Shown piece after piece: positions 10,525 to 17,059 of a stretch of 17,059 bases of DNA. The notes beneath the pieces were generated by a model. That model saw nothing but the letters and a program-made list of their open reading frames with translations, had not been told where the DNA came from and made no database searches. Positions within the stretch are counted from its first letter, which is position 1. Every line of letters begins with the position of its first letter. Made by a program: the position numbers and the translations under genes. The stretch lies in NCBI RefSeq assembly GCF_006345805.1, contig NW_021825057.1, positions 1 to 17,059 of the forward strand. Direction: 5' to 3'. This DNA comes from Octopus sinensis. Its lineage: Eukaryota.

Positions 10525-10699
10525 CACTAGCGTAGCTAGGGTGGGGAGGAGGGAGGGGGAGGTCTGTTCCGGGCATCACTTTTATGGGGGTGGCACCACT
10601 TTTGGATCTGCTGTAGGTAATATGTATTTATTCATGGGTGCCCGAGGGCGGCAAACTGAAAGGCTGCCTCGGGCGATACACACTCTAGCTACGCTAGTG
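10525..10699. mobile_element. 175-bp hAT-type MITE
   Basis: 19-bp TIRs cactagcgtagctagggtg / cactctagctacgctagtg (1 mismatch). 8-bp TSD tatgttag (10517-10524) / tatattag (10700-10707); an 8-bp TSD is the hAT hallmark. Confidence 0.85.
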
Positions 10700-10730
10700 T
10701 ATATTAGTTACAAATTTTGGTACAAGACCA

Positions 10731-10925
10731 ACAATTTCGGAGTGGGAGGAGGAGCTAAGTCGATTAAATCGACACCAGTGCTCAACTGGTACTTATATCA
10801 TTGAGCCTGAAAGGGCAAAAGGCAAATTCGACTCAAGCAGAATTTGAACCTAGAACAGAAAGACGGACGAAATGCCGCCAGGCATTTTGCCGGGCATGCA
10901 AACAATTCTGCCAGCTCGCTGCCTT
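10731..10925 (-). mobile_element. Family A SINE monomer
   Basis: gtcgattaaatcgacaccagtgctcaactggtactta..aaggcaaattcgac..gaatttgaacc..ttctgccagctcgctgcctt is the reverse complement of the family A body. Confidence 0.8.
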
Positions 10926-11937
10926 TATGTTTAATATATATTGCGATTTATTTCATTTTTATGTATCAGTCTCTTAGTAAGAGTATACATCACACAAACA
11001 TATAATATGTCGTATATGACAGAATATAAGGTACATTTTCCTCCAAAAGTACATCAGAAACTCAGTAACTTATAAAAAAATAGGTTAGGGTTTGAGAAAC
11101 TGGCAACAAAGTCAGGGTTCAGGCACTGTAGTGTCCACAAAATGAACTGTAATCATCTATCTCTCACAAACCTGCTTCCCCGAGTCATTAGCATTTTCTG
11201 AGAAAACAGCGCAAATCTGTAGAACTTACTTCACATGAATACCAGCCAGGAAGAAAATTGAATGATTGTTGTCGACCACACACGTAAACAAACCAGCAGT
11301 CAATAGTGCACTAAACTTAAGATCCTACGCTATTCCCACTACGTTTCCATTAGTTTGAAGCCAGTGATCATCGCGGTAAGACACTAACCTTGAGAAAAAC
11401 GTTAACTTACAGTGCAATGTTTGTTTAATTGACAGAAATAATCTATTTTGGGGTGAACAGTGATTAGACCTTTACAGACGGTTTAATTTTCATTACAGTA
11501 TTTGTCTATTTGATAGATACAAACATTCTGCTGTTGAACGGACATCTCGTTCAAGTTTAAAACTTTTAGGTTGCTATTAACCCCAGCATATAGAAAACAT
11601 GTTTATACAATTGCTTACAAGTTTCAAGTAATAACAGAGTGAACTTTGAACCGGATGTTTGAATGTCCGAATATCTAACAATATTGGACTGCAGCAGTAA
11701 AAGCGATGATTTCCTGAAAGAAAATGGAGGGAAAACTTTCTAAACTTTTCAGAAGCCGGACCCATTCAGTTATCCTCATGACTCAAGCATGTTGAAGATT
11801 TAATTTTTGTTTATTTCAACCCCAGAAAGAGTCTTGCAACTTTTGTCATACATTTCCCAAAGAGAGAAAACTTAAATTATTTATTTTCCAACATTTTTAG
11901 AAGCCAGACCAACTTTTGTGTGCGTGCGCGCGAGTCT

Positions 11938-12077
<140 letters not shown>

Positions 12078-12234
12078 CATACACGCATACATACAAATAT
12101 GTACGTATGTATGCATGTATATATGTATGTGTGCGTGCGTGTAGGTGTCGAAACAGTGGTGATATTTGGTCGATAACTGATGAAGGGTTGTGCATACCTG
12201 CGTCTATAATGCGTGTTTTCCTTGTTTTTCTATA

Positions 12235-12270
<36 letters not shown>
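12235..12270. repeat. (ATT)n microsatellite
   Basis: Direct reading of the sequence. Confidence 0.95.
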
Positions 12271-12271
<1 letters not shown>

Positions 12272-13167
12272 CATATATGTGTATGTGTGTATAACACGCT
12301 CTAGTTAAAAATGGTGCTCATAACACTGAAAGTATATCGTACATTCATGAAAAGCAGGAAGCAATAAAGAAAATATAGAAACTTGTGCCAAAGTTTTTCT
12401 ACATATTTACAAGTGAAGTAAGTGCTGTGAGCCATAATCTGTGCTCCCATATCAACGAACAGTTCAGTGTTATTTTCATTACTGTATTGGAATAAACGTT
12501 TTTCAACACAACTTTGCATAGAGAAGTTATAACAACAATTACTTTGACACGAACTATTTTGGCATAATAGCTGCTCAAGACAAAATTAATCTAGGTACAC
12601 CGGTTGGTCCAGATGGTTCCTCTGGAAAACATTAAAAAATAGTTTTACAAAGTGGCAAGCTCCCACAAAACTTGAATATCAATATATTTCTCATCCGTAA
12701 GAAAAAGAACCGCAATATCGGTGTGAAACAGATTACACTCCTAAATAAAAATGGCTTCCTATGCGACACCAACATGGTTCCTGAGGAAGAAATAACTGCC
12801 TTGTACAATTGATGCAGCATTATGTTAAAACAGGTGCTCAACGAGTCTATTGAGTGGTTTTTGCTCTCAAACCAGGTGCTTGCTTCGAGTCCTTGAAAGT
12901 GAATCAATTCCAATAAATGTACCCAATAGCCGGAGATGCTGTTAAAAATGAACAGCATTTTAGGCTTATCGCTTTCTATCAACATTAAAGAGCAGCGGTT
13001 GTAGTATGTTTTATGGTGTGGCCAGCAATAGAAAGGTTAACTGTCAACATAACATTTAGAAAGTTAGAGATGTTAACATAAAACCCAAAAGTTCTAATCG
13101 ATTTTAGCACTGAAAAATAAATGGTTTGTCTTGACCATTTATAAGATAATATAAGATGGACGAAAGG

Positions 13168-13179
13168 GAGAGAGAGAGA

Positions 13180-13216
<37 letters not shown>

Positions 13217-13238
13217 ATGTAGAGACAGAGAGAGAGAG
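13168..13238. repeat. (GA)n microsatellite
   Basis: Direct reading of the sequence. Confidence 0.95.
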
Positions 13239-13413
13239 AATGAGAAAGAAGGTTATTGATGAACTATATAGTGTGGTAAAAGTTGGAAATAAAAAGAAGT
13301 TCGTTGGGAATGAGCGATATTTATATTTTTGCACTTCAGTATTGGGCAGATAAGTACGTGCAAGTTATTTTCAATAAAATTTCTAATATATTGTTAGAAA
13401 AAAAAAGACTCAC

Positions 13414-13459
13414 CTATACATTTCAGTGTAATGTGCAATAACGTCAATGTAAAGCTTAC
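13414..13459 (-). other. Candidate 46-nt exon of an unidentified minus-strand host gene (begins with GTAAG)
   Basis: Minus strand reads ttcttcttttgttattttcag | gtaagctttacattgacgttattgcacattacactgaaatgtatag | gtgagt: a strong acceptor and a strong donor. Two frames are open (KLYIDVIAHYTEMY and VSFTLTLLHITLKCI). No protein recognised. Confidence 0.35.
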
Positions 13460-13539
13460 CTGAAAATAACAAAAGAAGAATAGTAAGAATAATCATATTA
13501 CATGTATAACAGTTAAAAAATGTATATATATATATATAT

Positions 13540-13897
13540 GGAAAAAAGTCAAGATAGAAAATGCTAAAATAATTTTATAAAAAACATTTCAGTACCGGTT
13601 TCAGTCATTGAGACTTTTTCAACTGTAAGTATGGAAAACAATTAAATTTTGTCAAAATTAAAAGTAAAGTTTTTTTAAAAGAATATTTGCATAGTGTTCA
13701 AGTACAAGCGTCATTTTCCTTGTTTTTGCCTCTCTGTGTCTCTCTTGCTTACTATTGTGGGTTCGAGGTCATTATTTATTCATTCATTCATGCTTCCCCT
13801 TGTACTAATCATTTTCCTTTTACATGTTTCTAAGTATTTTTCTAAACACACAATTCTTACTTTCCAATAACTCAAAATTTCTGTCGGGCGACGTGCA

Positions 13898-13899
<2 letters not shown>
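13540..13899 (-). mobile_element. 360-bp element A with hammerhead motif, bounded by (TA)n; probable Penelope-like 3' end or non-autonomous derivative
   Basis: (TA)n lies on both sides. Its 5' ~130 nt recur at 16134-16270, so it is repetitive. It contains a minimal hammerhead about 50 nt from its 3' end. The Penelope-like assignment is inferred from the known PLE-hammerhead association. Confidence 0.6.
13587..13628 (-). ncRNA. Minimal type I hammerhead ribozyme motif, U3-A8 core variant
   Basis: Minus strand reads UUACAG UUGAAAA AGUC UCAAU GACU GAA ACCGGU A CUGAAA. This gives stem I CAG/CUG (plus UU/AA), core UUGAAAA, a perfect 4-bp stem II, GAAA, a palindromic stem III ACCGGU and a GUA cleavage triplet. 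Confidence 0.75.
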
Positions 13900-13947
<48 letters not shown>

Positions 13948-14127
13948 ATATAATATATATATATATGGAATGAATCCAAAATTACAGGGAAAAATCAGAT
14001 TTAGGGTTAAATCCAATTTTATAGTAAAATATTATATAATATAATTCGAGACAAAACCACTATTTTAAAACCAAACAAGGAAAGACTTAATCAATACATA
14101 AAATTTTAATATAAATTAAATAAACCG

Positions 14128-14170
14128 CCACTAAAATGTTTCATGTCTGCTACCGACAATCTTCAGGTGG
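14128..14170 (-). ncRNA. Minimal type I hammerhead-like motif (left arm, minus strand)
   Basis: CCAC CUGAAGA U UGUC GGUAGCA GACA U GAAA CAUUU UA GUGG. The core is canonical, stem I is 4 bp, and stem II is 4 bp but closed by U-U. Stem III is weak and non-palindromic. Confidence 0.55.
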
Positions 14171-14238
14171 ATTTTCGATCTTCTAATCAGTATCAAATTT
14201 TGAAGTCAAAATTTGATACTGATTAGAAGATCGAAAAT

Positions 14239-14282
14239 CCACCTGAAGATTGTCGGTAGCAGACATGAAACATTTTTAGTGG
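14239..14282 (+). ncRNA. Minimal type I hammerhead-like motif (right arm, plus strand)
   Basis: ccac (14239-14242), CTGAAGA (14243-14249), tgtc/gaca stem II, GAAA (14267-14270), TA (14277-14278), gtgg (14279-14282). Confidence 0.55.
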
Positions 14283-14366
14283 CGGTTTATTTAATTTATA
14301 TTAAAATTTTATGTATTGATTAAGTCTTTCCTTGTTTGGTTTTAAAATAGTGGTTTTGTCTCGAAT

Positions 14367-14377
<11 letters not shown>

Positions 14378-14437
<60 letters not shown>

Positions 14438-14469
14438 TATATGTGTGTGTGTGTGTGGTGTGTGTGTGT

Positions 14470-14508
<39 letters not shown>
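14378..14508. repeat. Compound (TA)n(TG)n(TA)n microsatellite
   Basis: Direct reading of the sequence. Confidence 0.95.
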
Positions 14509-14509
<1 letters not shown>

Positions 14510-14545
14510 AATCAGAGAAAAACCACTATTATTTAATTCAAACAA
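14509..14545 (+). mobile_element. Short diverged fragment related to element B
   Basis: aatcagagaaaaaccactattatttaattcaaacaa resembles aattcgagacaaaaccactattttaaaaccaaacaa (about 14043-14078). Confidence 0.5.
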
Positions 14546-15035
14546 TATATATAATATATTATATTTTATATATATATTATATATATATATACCGTTTTGG
14601 GGAGAGTGAAATGGAGAGCGCTGCAAAATGATGCTTGTATAATTGTATATTAGTGCAACATTTAGTAGGTTGAACAAAATGTGATAAATATATGACATGT
14701 TTTAAAAGACGAAATAAAGTAGACGTTTGCAAAATAATGATGAAATAAATGAATAAAAAATACTGCTTGGCATTGAACTTCAACTATGTTTCTGATAGCT
14801 AGGAATGAAAACGAGTAGTTCTAACACTGAATGTTAACTGGGTATTTTGTTATGTGCCAAAGATGCTGATAACGTTAAATTAAATCTAGATCCTGAAATC
14901 GAAGAATTAGACTAGTTTTACGCACACAAATATGTAGGAGTGGATAAAACTAATAAGATACAACAGCCAGAAATAAAAGATTAAATTAGAAAATAAAATA
15001 TTGCAGAAAGGACAGACTAACTTAAAAAAATAACT

Positions 15036-15268
15036 ATTTCTTTACTACCCTCAAGGGGCTAAACACAGAGGGGACAAACAAGGACAGGCAAACGGATTAA
15101 ATCGATTACATTGACCCCAATGCGTAACTGGAACTTAATTTATCGACCCCGAAAGGATGAAAGGCAAAGTCGACCTCGGCGGAATTTGAACTCAGAACGT
15201 AACGGCAGACGAAATACGGGTACGCATTTCGCCCGGCGTGCTTACGTTTCTGTCAGCTCAACGCCTTG
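15036..15268 (-). mobile_element. Family A SINE monomer with ~19-bp TSD
   Basis: Reverse complement of 61-293. TSD ctaacttaaaaaaataact (15017-15035) / ctaaccttaaaaaataact (15269-15287). Confidence 0.88.
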
Positions 15269-15723
15269 CTAACCTTAAAAAATAACTTGAGACTAAAAAC
15301 AGTAAAATGTTGACCAAACTGCGGTTCGTGATCTGCATACAGCTTTCAATGATACTGGGCGCTACTCCTAAAATTTAAAATATTAACTGTGAAAATCAAC
15401 ACGATAAAAAGCCTTCAACAAGTAGAGATTAATCAATCTCTTTTAGTATTTTAGTGAGTAAAACCATGAAGCGGTGTATTTTCTAATTTATAATTTTAAA
15501 GATATATGTGTAGGCACTTGAGCGAAAAGAAGAAAAAAACTTCGCAATTAGCTTTTATTATCAAACAACTTGTCCACCTTGGTATAAGTACGCTACTAAT
15601 TTCAGTTAGAAACTATGTCTCGAAAATACGTAATATACAGGAAGTTAAGTTTACTTGTAGTAGGACTTAGATTGGGAAGCGAACACTGCATTGAGCAATT
15701 AATTCAGATAAGATATATCGATT

Positions 15724-16116
15724 ATCTTTTACTTGTTTCTGTCATTAGCCCGCTGCTATGCAGGGACACTGCTTTCAAGGGTTTAGTCGAACAAATCGAC
15801 TCTAGGACATATGTTATGCTTTCAAGTCTGATATTTATTCCATCGGTCTCTTTTGCCAAACCGCTAAATTACGGAGAAGTACACAAAATTACACCGGTTG
15901 CCAAGCGGTAGGGGCGACAACACATACGCACACATACAATCGCGCACATGCACTTATAGTTTCCACTGAGTTTCCCTCTACCAATTTCGCTCACAAGACA
16001 TTGGTCAACCCAAAGTTATTTATAGTAGAAGGCACTATCTCAAGATGCGGTGCAATGAGATTGAACACGAAACGACTTGGTTGCAAAGCGAACCTCTTAA
16101 CCACGCAGCCATGCCT
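15724..16116 (-). mobile_element. Full-length family B CORE-type SINE, degenerate
   Basis: Minus strand has the tRNA-like head caggcatggctgcgtggttaag, then gtgccttctactata, an internal microsatellite relic, tagcggtttggcaaaagagaccgat and the tail aatgacagaaacaagtaaaaga. It joins the pieces seen at 2681, 3451 and 6056. Confidence 0.82.
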
Positions 16117-16133
16117 GTCTGCTCAGTACACAA

Positions 16134-16270
16134 GGTGCGCGTGGTTCGACACAAATTTTGAGCTATTAGAAAATAGGAATCGTGTGTTTAGAGAAATACT
16201 TAGAAACATGTAAAAGGAAACTGATTAGTACAAGGGAAAGCATGAATAAATAAATAAATAAATAAAATGA
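16134..16270 (+). mobile_element. Second copy of the 5' part of element A
   Basis: About 13 mismatches over ~114 ungapped nt against the reverse complement of 13769-13899. Confidence 0.85.
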
Positions 16271-16410
16271 AAAGGTCTTTTAATATAAAGAAACAAGATA
16301 TAAACAAGAAGTTAACTACATCGAAGAAAAGGTCCAGATAAAGGGGGAAAAACAGTAAAGGAATAAATAAAAGAAATAAAATGGTATTCTATAATACACT
16401 AATAAAAAAG

Positions 16411-16945
16411 CTACAAAAAAACCCCCACAGCATGGCCAATATCCTGCAAGAATCAACAGAGAGGAAGTAAGTCAGCGTGAAATCCAACAATGGCTCAACA
16501 TTTCTGGACTAAAAGCAGAGAAGGAAGGAAGGTTTGATTTTAGTTGCACAGGATCAATGACTGGCCACAGAAAAAAAAAAAAAAAAGAAAGACAGAAAGA
16601 AAAATCCAACAAAAACAAAAATCTTCTTAACATCAACTGCAGGCTATGCAATCAGTACAAAGGAACAATTGATCACATGATTTCTAGTTGTTGAGTCTTT
16701 ACAAAAAAAGAATACTACATGGACATGCCTGGATATGTCCATTGGAAAATATGTCGACATTTCAACATGAATACTGAGAGGAAGTGGCATAAGCTTGTAC
16801 CAAAACCGAATCCTGAAATGGAAATTTGAAAGTAAAAACGATACCAATAGCAATAAGGTTACTAGATACGATGAAGAGCATCAACAAAAACGGAAAAGCC
16901 ATTACAGGGCTTTTTGCAGTTTAATACATAGTCCTAACAATAGCT
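16411..16945 (+). mobile_element. Degenerate RLE-clade (R4/Dong-like) non-LTR retrotransposon, post-RT C-terminal region
   Basis: Reads HGQYPARINREEV..QQWLNISGLKAEKEG..LILVAQDQ, then zinc knuckle CRLCNQYKGTIDHMISSC (CX2CX8HX4C, 16638-16691), YVHWKICRHF..KWHK and NLKVKTIPIAI..YIVLT. Contains stops and frameshifts. Confidence 0.8.
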
Positions 16946-17059
16946 TGGCTAAATGCAGCTTTCATTCTGGGTTACAGATATTCAATTCAGAATCTCAGTA
17001 GATGGATGTATTCGATTTAATTGACCCTAAAGTTTCACAGATATTGTTTTTGTCTCTTG

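Larger units (their letters stand above)
13967..14377. mobile_element. Element B: head-to-head inverted pair of hammerhead-bearing termini (Penelope-like pLTR-type arrangement, inferred)
   Basis: Bounded by (TA)n on both sides. The left unit extends 66 nt beyond the palindrome. A related fragment lies at 14509-14545. Confidence 0.55.
14033..14377. repeat. 345-bp near-perfect palindrome (171/172-bp arms, 2-nt loop AG at 14204-14205)
   Basis: 14033-14203 equals the reverse complement of 14206-14377 except for one extra base in a homopolymer (taaaatg vs cattttta). Confidence 0.97.

Noticed and set aside
11230-11310. Possible minus-strand exon ending at GTAAGT (ALLTAGLFTCVVDNNHSIFFLAGIHV)
   Set aside because: Weak acceptor and no recognisable homology; cannot be supported without RNA data.
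12300-13100. Non-repetitive stretch including the 117-aa minus-strand ORF 12632-12985 and PGACF/RHQHG-like peptides on the plus strand
   Set aside because: No coherent domain in any frame and frequent stops; an old TE or UTR is possible, but only a TBLASTX or Dfam search could decide.
16431-16472. Apparent 36-nt exon cag|catgg..gaggaa|gtaagt
   Set aside because: It lies inside the R4/Dong-like coding remnant and has an A-rich rather than pyrimidine-rich acceptor.

Overview
AT-rich, repeat-dense eukaryotic non-coding DNA with no intact protein-coding gene. The SINE families and microsatellite load resemble an octopus/coleoid cephalopod genome (from recall, not a search). The window holds a complete 1609-bp Tc1-family (DD34E) transposon with 224-bp IR/DR termini and a frameshifted transposase, many tRNA-derived SINEs of three families, mariner (DD34D) remnants, a non-autonomous Helitron, a hAT-type MITE, an R4/Dong-like non-LTR fragment and many microsatellites. 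Most ORFs in the supplied track are microsatellite artefacts. The most unusual part is 13.5-14.55 kb. There, (TA)n arrays carry two unrelated small elements that each contain a minimal type I hammerhead-ribozyme motif. One has a compensatory U3-A8 core and a palindromic ACCGGU stem III. The other lies inside a 345-bp near-perfect palindrome with a 2-nt loop. This suggests Penelope-like or retrozyme-like non-autonomous elements targeting (TA)n. A 46-nt minus-strand candidate exon starting at an AG|GTAAG recursive-splice-like site lies just to the left of this cluster. All identities and counts were done by eye; no database searches or folding programs were run.
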